From the NCBI GenBank assembly GCA_040143965.1, contig JASJQH010006942.1, forward strand, positions 1-34,246: a stretch of DNA of 34,246 nt. The letters are read 5' to 3'. The notes beneath the pieces are model-generated. The model was not told the DNA's origin and did not search any database. It saw nothing but the letters and a program-made list of their open reading frames with translations. Below, in pieces: positions 8,621 to 20,620 of the stretch; position 1 is the stretch's first letter; the number at the start of each line of letters is the position of its first letter. The stretch comes from Basidiobolus ranarum. Lineage: Eukaryota. The translations under genes were made by a program, and so were the position numbers.

Positions 8621-11600
8621 ATGGAACAGAAACCAGTGAAAGAATTTTTGGTTTGGCAGAATAATGCAATCTCTCGAGTACTTCAAGTAACTTTGAAAGT
8701 GAGTGGAATTTTTTCCCTTTTAACTCTTGAAAGTTCTTTCAGTTACTTACTCGATTCTTTTCACCATCATATTGCAATTAGCAATCGGATGCTGACCAAA
8801 ACAAACTATTTTTAAGTGATTTATCAGCAGAGTTGCAAGAGGAATCAGGTAAGCTATTCCGTTATTTTATTGTAATAGCAATAAGGTTAATTGGTAGTAT
8901 ATAGGTGAATCCAACTTGGGCATTACTCAGGATTTATTGGACAGAGTTGTAGTTGCTCGACTATCGCATGATCCTTCTGGTAGTGCGTTGATGGAAGAGG
9001 ATCTTCCAAAGTCTCCTTCATCACAACAGCTTCATGTCCCTCTTTTTGATTATTTACTGGGTTGTTGGAAGCGTGCTAGTGAAGTTAAAAAGGGTACTTT
9101 GAGTCGACAAAAGGTACTTGGATATTAATTTCCATAGCCCAATTTTCACCTACTCATAGCCTATCTTAGAATCTGGGTGATGCTGTGGTTCATGAGAGAA
9201 TACAAGTCCTTGAGGCCATCAAAAAGTTATGTGTATCATATGCGGGTATTGTTTTACAAATGCCTGAAATGTTTCCACAACCAGCTAGGTATGTTAAGTT
9301 CTAAGCTTATATTGCAAGATTTTGTACTAAAGCTTTTATAGTATCATCGAACTTGGTGGTGCCGTGATCGTACCAAAGTTATTGAAAGATCCTGATAGCT
9401 TAGAGGGGGTTCCATTGGAGTTTTTGGAGGAACTAAGCATTAGATTCCAAGATGATGGAATAGAAGAAGTAAAGACGAAAAATGTGCATCTTCAATTCCA
9501 AAATAATATATTGAGTTTTCGATGAATAGGTACTAGGCCCTGCGTTTACCGGGATTTCAGCCGTGATGCGCTCACAAACTCTATTGTCTGACTTTAGAAC
9601 TCCTTTGCGTGTAATTATTTGGATTGTTTATGGTCTGACTCTATGAGAAGTTACTAATATATTTGTGGATATTCTTTGCAGACCCTTTCTATCCTTACCA
9701 GCATCAAACCTTTGGCAGCATTGGTAAGTAAACTAAAGTCCCAAATCTATCAAGAATCTCGGTATTGACTTTACCCAGATTCCAAAAATGCCAAATTGGA
9801 ACCCTGGAAATTTGCCATCAAAAACTTTAGAGCTGGTGACCCTACTTGGACCATTTTTCAAACTATCAGTATTCCCTGAGGATGATGTAAGGATAGCATT
9901 TATTTCTTCTCTAACGTAAATGATGCGTCGTACTAAGTAAATATGAATTGTGTTAATCAAGCCCTCTATCGCTGATTTGTATTTCTCCAACCCAAGTACC
10001 AAGACCCACGCTGATATCCAATCTTCTATGATCTCTTTACGTGGAACTCTTCAGAATCTGCATGTATGGTATTCATCAAAAGCTTATCACAATCACCACT
10101 TTTACTTAATATTTTTCTCGAAAAGAGCACTCTTTTCAATATCATGAACTCTATTGTGAGAGCATCCCCGGAATCTAGACAGAGCTTGTTGGAATACTAT
10201 GCTGAGGTTATTAGGAAGAACGAAAAGAGAGCCCAGATGCAGGTCAGAAACTGTGTGATTATTTCTTGGTGTTTTAGAGCGACGAATACTAAACAGTCCA
10301 CTGAACAACAGGTTGACAGAAAGACTGTCTCTTCTGATGGATACATGACCAACTTGACTGCAACTCTTTTAAAGTTCTGCGATCCATTCCTGGATGCACA
10401 ATGTTCCAAAGTAAGCTCCCAGATATTCACTATCAATCGAAACGAGTATTCAATCTTTTGTGTCGGTATCAGATAGATCGCGTTGACCCCGATTACTTCA
10501 GAAAGTCGAAATTGATCAATATCGCCGAAACGACCAAAATTAATGCTACCCAAGAAGAATCAGACAGCTATTATAAAGAGGCCATTGCAGACGCTAAAGG
10601 TGGAGTAAAGAATAGGTTCAAGAACATTGATGGATGACATATTTACCGTTTTCATTATATAGCACCGAATTTCATTTCCGATATCTTCTTCCTGACGGTT
10701 GATTTCCATCACTATGGATTGCTTCGTAGTTTTGCTTACTATAACAACTTCATTCGTGACTTCTCTGAAATGCGTAAACAGTATGAACGTATGAAAGAGG
10801 ACGCTCCTCGTTGGGCAAACACACCTACTGCGGCTTTGAATGAGGAAATCCTTAAAAGATGTAAAGCCCAATTGGAAAAACAAATGACTCAGAAGCTTTG
10901 TCTAGATACTCAGCTATTGGATTCACAGTTGCTATTGGATTCGATGAGGTTCTATAATTTTGTAATGAACTGGTTAATCCGTCTCGTAGACCCCAAACAA
11001 CAGCACCCATGGACTCGTGTGAGCCTGCCTCTACCCACTGAAATCTCCGAGAGATTCGCCATGCTTCCAGAGTATATCATTGAGGATATTGCTGAGTTCT
11101 TTTTATTTGTTGCTAGATATAACCCTAACCTTTTCAGTCAGACCTCTTCCTGTGACGATCTGATTAATTTTATCGTTACCTTCATTGGCAATTCCAAATA
11201 CATCAAAAACCCTTACCTAAAAGCCAAATTAGTAGAGATTCTCTTCTTCTTTACCTTGCCTTTCCCTGGCGAGCCTAGTGGTGGATTAGCTGCTTACTTC
11301 GATACGAACACGTTGGCTTTGGAGCATTTGATGCCTGCACTAATGAAATTTTACGTGGAAGTAGAGCAAACTGGATTACATTCGCAGTTCTACGATAAAT
11401 TCAACATACGTTACAACATATCCCAGGTTTTGAAGGCAGCATGGAAGAATCAAATCCACAAAGAAAGGTTGGCCCAGGAAAGTGGAAGTGAGATGTTTGT
11501 TAGATTCATCAATCTACTGATCAACGACACCACCTATTTGTTGGATGAGGGGCTAAGTAAACTCTCTGAGATTCATACCATTCAAAAGGAAATGGCTGAC

Positions 11601-12427
11601 ACAGTAGCATGGAACCAAAGACCTAACCAAGAACGTACGGAAAGAGAGACTTTGTTGCAGCAAGATGAACGCCAGGCCCAGTCCTGTATTGCACTTGGAA
11701 ATGAAACAGTCAATATGTTGTGCTATTTAACGGAATCCATCGTTGATCCATTTATGACCCCAGAAATCGTGGATAGATTAGCAGCCATGCTAAACTACAA
11801 TCTCAATAGTATGGTTGGGCCTAAATGTACCGAGTTGAAGGTGCGTGACCCTGAGAAGTATCAATTCAAGCCACGTCGATTACTCTCTGATATTGTATCC
11901 ATATATCTTCACCTGAATCGAGCTCAATTTGTACAAGCCATCGCCAGAGATACTCGCAGTTATCAAAAAGAGTTGTTTGTCAAAGCAGCAGGGATCATGT
12001 CGAGATTTGGACTGAAATTACCTGATGAGATCATGGCTTTGAGAAATTTGATCAATGAAGTGGAAACAAAGATAGCCTCTGAATTGGATGAGGAAGAAGA
12101 GCTTGGCGAGGTGCCTGACGAGTTTTTGGATCCGTTGATGTATTCTGTCATGGAGGATCCCGTTATCCTTCCAACATCAAACATAACCGTGGACAGATCT
12201 ACCATCAAGTCGCATCTTTTGAGTGATTCAATTGATCCATTTAATCGCAAACCCTTAACCATTGATATGGTGATACCTAGTAAGTTAAACCCAGTTGGCG
12301 CGATTTGATTTGGTTGATTTTTCTAAATATCTTGATTCTAGATACCGAGTTGAAGGAGAGAATTCTGGCCTTTAAGCAACAAAAACGTCAGGATAAGTTA
12401 ACACAATCTGAAGCAGCCACCCAATAA
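8621..12427 (+). CDS. UFD2: U-box ubiquitin chain elongation factor E4 (Ufd2/UBE4B), multi-exon
   Basis: IKNPYLKAKLVE, FYDKFNIRY, FVRFINLLINDTTYLLDE and U-box VPDEFLDPLM..MEDPVILPTS..DPFNR; last exon ends at TAA 12425-12427; start ATG inferred at 8621. Confidence 0.95.
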
Positions 12428-13248
12428 CCGCCATCTACACACCTTTGGTCATCAGTCATTGTAGACTTCCATTGTCTGAACAGCTAGCTCAGGTAAATCT
12501 CTGGCACTTCGTCTATTATGAATGTAATTCCACTATCCGCTATACTTTGCTTGTTCTTTGTTCCCGTCCTATTTCATAAACATCACGACGCCAACCATAT
12601 TTTACCATTGTGTGCTATCCCAAATGAAAGTCTGGAAAAGTATTCTTTATTCAATAAAGATATCGATAGTTGTATTGAATAGGTGCTTAAATCGATCACC
12701 CTCTCAAACGCGGATTGATATGGATTCCTTGTTCTCTTATCGGGATCTGTCTTTGCACTCGATAGCTTCATCAGCTTCTAATTGATAGACTAGACAAACG
12801 GCTTATCGTAGGCATCTAAGCCGTCATGATTGATGAATGTCGAGGTCTCTGGGGCGATGGATCATGAGTGATGATTTATGTGCCACATCGATAACCAAGG
12901 AAATGGACGTGAATTTGGTGGAGTTTGAGTAACCTCTGGTTTTATCGATATTGCGTCAAAGTAATATTCCAACTAACGCTTACATCGATTTCAGGCTATT
13001 AGTAGATCATAGTAGTGATAGCCCGATTAGTTTGTGTAAAGTTCGATTTCAAAATCTCCATTTTTTGGTGACTTCCCTTTTATATTTGACTCTTTGGGAA
13101 TAGATCCAGATTCATGACTGAAATCATGCTAAACAATTAATTTATAAAGATAGCCGAGTACTACAGAATTAAGAATATTCCGAACTTTTCTTCAAATTTC
13201 ACACCTCGGTGGTGAGAATGATATAGAGTCTTTCATTATTTATCTTCA

Positions 13249-14037
13249 ATGCTTAACGGAATCTTCTTTCTCTTCTCAAACGCTTGGAACGGGTTTAAAA
13301 CTCTTTACGTTCCACCTACCGTTTCCAAGATTACCGCTGGTCCAAGCGAAATCGAACTGATTAAAAAAGAGTTACAACAATTGAGAGCAGAAAACACTCG
13401 GTTAAAAAATGTCGAGACTGACTATCGAAAGAGTATACGTGAACAAGCAGAGGAGATAACCAATCTCAAAGCTTTAATCGCCTCCTACGAACGTCGTCTT
13501 GAAGAAAGTGAGTCACTGGTAGCCTCTAACAAACGTCGTTTGGAAGAAACTGAACTATTAGTTATCTCATATCAGCGTTGTTTAGAGAAAAACCAATCAT
13601 TCTTTGACACAATCGAAAAGGGCCTAGTCAATTTGAAGGAGGTTCAGGGGTTAGATTACTCGCGTACCATGGACTATATTGTTCTTTCTACCGTTCGTGA
13701 CGTGAAAATTTTAACTTTCAAACTTACCGATATCGTTTTGGAGAGTGGTGATAAAATTTACGTTTGTGGCGGTCACAAGTTACTAGGTGAGTGGGTTCCT
13801 ACCTCTGGTTTGGAGCTTACTCCCGTGAACTCTCACTATGAGGTTTCGGTAGGTGTGAATGAATTGGCTCAAAGAGAATTAGGTTCCATTCAATATAAAT
13901 ACGCACTTCTTCGTGGCAACGCGTGGTATTGGGAAAGTGGCAAAGATAGATTTAGAGAAAATCCAATATACAGCGACATTGTTGATATCCAACCCAGAGA
14001 GTGGGAAGTAAACCCTTGTCTGTCAAGTGCCGAATGA
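13249..14037 (+). CDS. Coiled-coil protein with a C-terminal CBM20 starch/glycogen-binding domain, intronless
   Basis: GDKIYVCGGHKLLGEW...LEL...IQYKY....WYWESGKDR fits the CBM20 consensus; heptad-rich N-terminal half with three 14-aa repeats. Confidence 0.8.
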   Translation: MLNGIFFLFSNAWNGFKTLYVPPTVSKITAGPSEIELIKKELQQLRAENTRLKNVETDYRKSIREQAEEITNLKALIASYERRLEESESLVASNKRRLEETELLVISYQRCLEKNQSFFDTIEKGLVNLKEVQGLDYSRTMDYIVLSTVRDVKILTFKLTDIVLESGDKIYVCGGHKLLGEWVPTSGLELTPVNSHYEVSVGVNELAQRELGSIQYKYALLRGNAWYWESGKDRFRENPIYSDIVDIQPREWEVNPCLSSAE

Positions 14038-14717
14038 TTCTATACCATCCATCTTAGCCTCTATATCTTATAGACAATCAATACCAACGCTTTATGGTCT
14101 GCAAACTAAATTTTCACATGTATGATCTTTACTATACCGAATAAATGTTAATATATTCAAACCGTTCGAACGAAATCGTGACCATATTTGCTTCCGTTGT
14201 AGAAAACTTTCAACAGCATATCATTCGGAATATAGGATCAGAACATTGAGGTGACAACAATGACAGGCAAAATGGGCGTTTGAGTTTAAATCCATTTTTA
14301 TCAGTATATGCATCAAGAATTCTAATGTCATGTAAGGTTCATAATCACGTTTTAATTGGCTGTAATATCCCTCAAAGTCAACAACAACCATAGGAGGAAA
14401 TGATAGGACCTAGATCTGGCGACGTTCTATTCAGAGAGCTACAAGCACTCACAGCTTTAGTCTATTTAAAGCGAATATTGGCATTCAGAAACATCTGACA
14501 CATAACATGATTCTCTATGACCCTTACTCTCACCATTGAACGTGTTTAATAATAATTTAACGGGACACAAAAAGCGCAGGATGATTAAGACTCATTTTCA
14601 CTGCAAGGTTCTAGAGCTGACACGATAGCCACTCTCTCATTCTTCATCAAACTATATAAATGTTGGCAATCATTTCAAAAATCATCATTTCTCCTTTTCC
14701 GGTCATTCTCTTTGTTC

Positions 14718-15740
14718 ATGACTGAAAACATCTGCATAATAGGCTCTGGAAATTGGGGCTCCACTGCAGCTAAAATTATTGGTACAAATGTCACAAGCTA
14801 TGAAGAGTTCAACGATAAGGTATACATGTGGGTACATCAAGAACCCATAAAAGATCAGAATCTAACCGATATCATCAACACAAAACATGAGAATGTCAAG
14901 TATCTACCTGGTGTCAAACTTCCTGAGAATATCATTGCCAATTCAAATCTTCTTGAGTGTATCGAAGACGCAACGGTGATTGTTTTTGTCATACCTCCTC
15001 AATTCTTGAAAGGGGTTCTTCGGCAAATGGTCGGTCATATTCGCCTAGATGCTAAAGCGATCTCCTTGATCAAAGGTCTTGACTCTTCTTTCAGTAACAT
15101 CCGATTTTTCTCGGAAATCATACATGAACTTCTCAATATCGACGTTAGTGTTATGTCTGGTGCCAATGTGGCCTCTGAAGTGGCTGCCGAGAACTTTTGT
15201 GAAACTACTATAGGCACTTTGGTCCCAAAGAACGGAAAACTCTTTGAGAAGCTCTTTAGCACCTCCTACCTTAAAGTTACCATTGTTAATGATATCATCG
15301 GGGTAGAGCTCTGTGGTGCTTTGAAGCATATTCTAGGCATTGCCGCTGGTATTGTCGATGGTCTCAACTTGGGTGGCAATTCTAAAGCTGCCGTGGTTCG
15401 AATCGGTTTAATGGAAATAATTCAGTTTGCAAAAATCTTTTATCCGGAGGTTCAAAAAGAAACTTTTTACGAGAGTTGTGGTATTGCAGAAATGATCTCT
15501 CTTTATTACGCTGGTCGTAATCGTATGTTGGGTGAGTCCTTCGTCAAGACGGGTAAACCATTCAGCCAGCTTGAACATGAGATGTTAAATGGACAAATAC
15601 TTCAAGGACCAATTACGATCCAAAAAGTTCATAATTATTTGGTTCATAAAGAGAGGATTCGAGAGTTTCCTTTTTTCGATGCCATATATCAGATCACGTA
15701 TGAAAGTGCTCCAGCTAACACTATTTTCAAAAATATATAA
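14718..15740 (+). CDS. GPD1: NAD-dependent glycerol-3-phosphate dehydrogenase (GPD1 family), intronless, divergent active site
   Basis: IGSGNWGS Rossmann motif, HENVKYLPG, ISLIKG, SGANVA.EVA, GVELCGALK, ESCG..GRN; TATA near 14654. Confidence 0.92.
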   Translation: MTENICIIGSGNWGSTAAKIIGTNVTSYEEFNDKVYMWVHQEPIKDQNLTDIINTKHENVKYLPGVKLPENIIANSNLLECIEDATVIVFVIPPQFLKGVLRQMVGHIRLDAKAISLIKGLDSSFSNIRFFSEIIHELLNIDVSVMSGANVASEVAAENFCETTIGTLVPKNGKLFEKLFSTSYLKVTIVNDIIGVELCGALKHILGIAAGIVDGLNLGGNSKAAVVRIGLMEIIQFAKIFYPEVQKETFYESCGIAEMISLYYAGRNRMLGESFVKTGKPFSQLEHEMLNGQILQGPITIQKVHNYLVHKERIREFPFFDAIYQITYESAPANTIFKNI

Positions 15741-16136
15741 TGTATTCTCATGTCGTATGTGTAAATATAATATCTACTTTTCATTTCTTATTTACCGAGA
15801 ATACCTGAATTTATTTATCCCATTCGCCATAATAATAGTGCTGTTGTTCAAGTTAAATATCCAAAATAAATTCAGAAATCCGGTATTAAATGCCTGCGAG
15901 CTTTGCACATTGATTGGTAATTTGATTTTTGTAGACCTGATTCATCTTGATTGCTAGTGATGGCGACTTATTTTAGACTTTAAACTCAGAGATAATATCA
16001 GCATTGACCGATTAAAACATTGACTTTGCTTTTACGATCATTCGTTGCTATCGAAACTTGGTATTCTACATCTCTGGTTCTACCTTTAACACCTCATAGC
16101 TATTTTTTTGTAGTTCTACCTACTTCCTTCTAAAAT

Positions 16137-16813
16137 ATGGCAGCTTTTCGTGCTTTTGGTGACAGTACTAGACCTCAAATAAAAGAACAATCTCTGGATG
16201 ATGTTTATGGTGTTCCTGAAAACTTTTTGGAAATCGAAGTTCGCAACCCACAAACTCACGGTAACCTTTTTTTATCCCAAGGCAGAAGTATCATCCTTTA
16301 TGAAGAAATGATTTTCCTTACTAATTCTCCCTTGTTTATTAAGGTTATGGTCGTAAGATGTATACCGATTACGAGATTTTGTGTCGTGTAAGTAAATGCG
16401 TTTTTCAATCGCCAAATAAAGGTGAAATAACTAACCGATAATCTTATCCGTGCAGACCAATCTCCCCGCTTTCAAGCTAGAAGCTTCCGCTGTTCGTAGA
16501 CGCTATAGAGATTTTGAGTGGTTCCGAGATGTCCTCGAAAGGGAATGCCCAAGAGTGAATATTCCACCTCTCCCTGGAAAAGTCTTTACAAACCGCTTTT
16601 CTGATGAAGTCATTGAGCAGCGTAGAGATGGCTTGGAAAGATTTTTACAAATGTATGTTTATTCTTACGATCTCGCACTTACATAACACCGCCTTTATTA
16701 AACTATTTGCCTTTTTTAGTGTGGCTGGACACCCTTTGTTACAAACTGGTAGTAAAGTTTTAGCACCTTTCACTCAAGACCCAAACTTCAACAGAGAAAA
16801 CTATGATTATTGA
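16137..16813 (+). CDS. SNX3: Sorting nexin-3 (PX domain), 4 exons
   Basis: [69 protein letters not shown]. Confidence 0.95.
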
Positions 16814-17492
16814 ATTTTCTCTACCACCAGCCCCTTGTCAGTATTAATGTTTCTTTGGTTTTCAACTTCTTTAACTTTCCTACACTTATCTCGAAGAAAA
16901 CAACCTTTTGCAGTAAGGTTACAAGTATTTTTTTCATCCACTTCCGAAGCCATCCGACAACTGAAAGTAATCATTAATTTTCCTGTAAACATTCCTCCTC
17001 TTATGCTACATTTATTGCAAAAAATATACCTATTCAACGATCTAAGTGATTTAGTTTAGTGGTTTGCTCGAAGTTGGTTTGCCATCTGGCAGACTTGCTG
17101 ATTTATCGCAACAAACACCCACAAATAATTTTACGTGGGGTTTGCAGATTTTGACAATAAAAGAGTAAAAAAATTCCACGATCAGTAGCCAATAGAAACA
17201 ATGAACCTCCATAGGTGTAACTCATTTGTGAGCGAAAGCTTGGGGAAGAACCCTACAATATGCGCTACAAAAAAGTCGATTCAATGCAATATTTAGACTA
17301 GTATAAGATTCAACCACTAGAAAGTGTAAGGTGGGGCGAATTTTGGGATTATTGGGGTGATTGAATATGGGTACGGGGGCATAGCGTATATTCACAAAAG
17401 CTTTACTTCCAGACCTTTTAACTCTCCTTGTGAATACCGCTTGATTGTTGCGCTTTTCTACTCACCCTTTTCCATATTTTTTCTCGAGAAAC

Positions 17493-18333
17493 ATGAACTT
17501 CGCTAGAGTTGTCGTCACCCCCATGGTATTATAACTGTTTCTGTTACGCTCGTTAAAGGATACATAGAGAGTATATATTATATTTGAAGTATAGATTGAC
17601 TAAAACTCGTTCTCTTTTTTTCTCTCCAACTAAAGCGCTCTGTTCGCACTTTTGCCACTGCACAAAAGATTAAGGTATTTTGAGTTGTTATGTAACCTCC
17701 GTCCTTATTTCGACTGGAGACCAAAAATTCACTAGTTTGGATTCTGATATCGTTATTTTCGTTTTAACGTAGGTCCCTTTGACTCTTTTCGGTCTTGATG
17801 GTCGTTACGCTACTGCCCTTTTCACTGCTGCTTCCAAGACAAACCAACTTGATGCCGTCGAGGGTGAGTTAACTAAGCTCAAGCAAGTCATCGATAAGAG
17901 TGATAAGATTCAATTTTTCCTTGAGAACCCTACTCTTAACCGTGAGCAAAAGAAAAACGGTATTGATTTACTTCTCGGTGAGAAGAAGGTTACTGAAGTT
18001 ACCAAGAACTTCTTCAGTCTCCTTGCCGAGAATGGACGTCTTAACCAGACCTCCAAGATCATCAACTCTTTCAACTCTCTCATGATGGCTCACCGTGGTG
18101 AAGTTTTGGTTACTGTTACCTCCGCCAAGGCTCTTAAGCCTGCTCAATTGAAGCAACTCCAAGATTCCCTTACCAAGGGTTCTCTTGCTGGCAGCAAGAA
18201 GCTTACTGTCGAAAACAAAGTTAACCCAACCATTCTTGGTGGACTTGTCATTGAGTTTGGAGAGAAGACCATTGATATGTCAGTCTCTTCCAAGGTTGCC
18301 AAGTTGAACAAGATGCTTACCGATTCTATCTAA
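17493..18333 (+). CDS. ATP5: Mitochondrial ATP synthase subunit OSCP, 3 exons
   Basis: Presequence exons (MNFARVVVTPM / RSVRTFATAQKIK), then LFGLDGRYATALF..LLAENGRL..ILGGLVIEFGEKTIDMSV; strong codon bias. Confidence 0.95.
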
Positions 18334-18854
18334 ATAGTTCGATTATTCTATCTTAAAACATAACAGCATGTCCTCTTATTTTCTCACCCCATAAGTTTAA
18401 CATCGCAATACTTCTTTCACTCATACTTTTTTCCCTATAAAAATTCAAGAGTTTTATTCATGTAAACGGGTTTCAGCCCATTGAAAATTCCCATCAAAAT
18501 GAAATATTCATCCACTCTTTAATATTTACTTTCAAAAGGTTGAATTGATTTATAAAGTTGGGTTGTGTTCTTGAAGGGATATTTATTCACCACTAAACCT
18601 CCAGAATTCTAAAGTATCAAGGATAAATTGAAGGTAACTTTGGTACCATCGAGATTTACCTTAGTGTATGTGGGGAAATATTGATAAAGTGGGGAGAGGA
18701 GAAAGTGGGAAATATTTGTGACTATAAAATTTCAAATGAATTCGGTAAAATTTCTAATCATCATATTGAAAGTTTCATTTCATTTCAATTTTTCAAATAC
18801 TTCTTTGTCCCAGTTGCTGAACATAGTGGTATAACTTGGCTGAAGTTAGTCCAC

Positions 18855-19941
18855 ATGTTGAGATCTATGCTCCGTTCGACCGCAAGGCCCTACTTGCCAA
18901 GAGTTATTCCTCAAAGTAATATGGGTATACTGAATGGACGCTTCTCGAGGGAAATAGGTAAGTGTTTGTCAGACTAGAGTGGCCTTGAATGAATTCACTT
19001 CACTTATTTCCACACTTTTCTAAACGACTTTTCCTCTTCTATATATCATCAAGTTTCTCCAAGGGTTCTTACTACCTCTTTATCTATGAATCAGATGGAC
19101 TTACACCGTTCCCGTAACTATACTCAATATCATTTTGATACCAACAAATTCGTCACCAGATTGGAATCAGAGGGGTTTACTAGACAACAATCTGAAGCAA
19201 TCCTAATCTCTTTAGCCGATGTTATCTCCGAAAGGTTTGTTTAGTGTGATAGATAATCATTTTCGAGAGAATTCAAGTAATTAAGAAAGCGTGAATTGTT
19301 ACCAATTTAGTATGCAGAATTTAGTAGATAATATGGTCACCAAAGCAGAGCAAGAGAAGGTAAAGTGAATCAAAGTTTGAAGGATTTATTTCATTGAAAA
19401 TTGAACCCATCTTTCATTACTTTTAGAATATTCACACTTATAAAGTGGATTTCGCACAACTTAAATCCGAGATACAAATGTTAGAAAAGAATGATTTCGC
19501 GGTTATGAAATCTGATAATGAACGTTTATTGGGAGAAATTGAGAAATTAAAGCATAAATTAAGAGATGAAATAGCTAGAACTCAAGCTGGTGTACGTTTA
19601 GATCTTAACCTTGAAAAAGGTAGAATTCGAGACGAGGCTAGCGTACAAGAAGTCAAGATCAAAGAAACCGATACAAAGCTCGAATCAGAGATATCTAATT
19701 TAAGGACTCAAATGGAGACCATCAAATTTCAAATTCTGCAGTATATGATTGGTATTTCCTTCATTCTCTTTCACACGAGGAATTCAGAATTGATACTCAC
19801 GAGCTTGTCTTTTAGGTACAATCACCGGTACTGGAGCGCTGATTCTTGGTAAGTCTTTCAATTTTCCACCAGACAAAGTTTCCGTTTTCTGATTTGAATC
19901 TTCCTTACTTGGCAATAGCTTACATGAGAATGTTCCGTTAG
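18855..19941 (+). CDS. FMP32: Mitochondrial DUF1640 coiled-coil protein (Fmp32/MCUR1/CCDC90 family), multi-exon
   Basis: Arg-rich presequence; HFDTNKFVTRLESEGFTRQQSEAI; AGVRLDLNLEKGRIRDE; C-terminal TM ..GTGALILAYMRMFR*. Confidence 0.88.
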
Positions 19942-20620
19942 CCAGCGGGCATAGTGTGGGCATGGATTCAGAAGCATGCAATGTAGTATAGATGTTAAAC
20001 CTTCCGATCAAGGAGCAACGTGATCCATTTTAACCTAAGAGTGACGTGACGTGAGCCTGTTCTACAGATTAGCCATCAGTTCATTTCACGATGACCGGTA
20101 AATACTGCAGCAGCAGAAAGCAGACCGTCAATTCGATTGAATTTAATAAAATTTCATATAAAAACGATTCCAAGAAATTCCCGATTCCACGCAGAAATCT
20201 AGCCACCAACCCCTCTCTCCCCTCCCATCAAACCTCTTTCTGCAAATAATCTATAGGGGAATTCCCGGAATCAATGACCTAGATATCCCCACGAGCTCCT
20301 GGGGCATCAGATCTGTCGACTGAGTGTATGTTTTTCAATAGAGATTTCAATATCAATGACTTGCATAAGTGAACCTTAAAAATGCTAAAATACAGTAATC
20401 TCCATCCAGGCGCTCCACCTACATGCGTATCACATAATCCACTCTTCAACCGAATAATCTTCCCGTCATATAAGTAGCTTATGATTTGCATTTGGATATA
20501 AATACAACAGTCACCTCATTTCAAAAATCCATAGATAGACCGCAAAAATTCACCCCCAACTAAGCACCAACACACGTATTCTTTTGAGCGCATCATTGTA
20601 GCAGAATCAATCAACTTGCT

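Noticed and set aside
10600-10662. Weak GTGGAG donor in a UFD2 intron; search for U12-type introns
   Set aside because: Still a GT-AG intron that restores the frame; no RTATCCTT donors seen in the introns I traced
12887-12950. Imperfect hairpin bounded by ATCGATAA/TTATCGAT with a nearby TGATGA, possible snoRNA
   Set aside because: No properly placed CTGA box D or H/ACA layout; the stem is largely explained by palindromic ATCGAT sites
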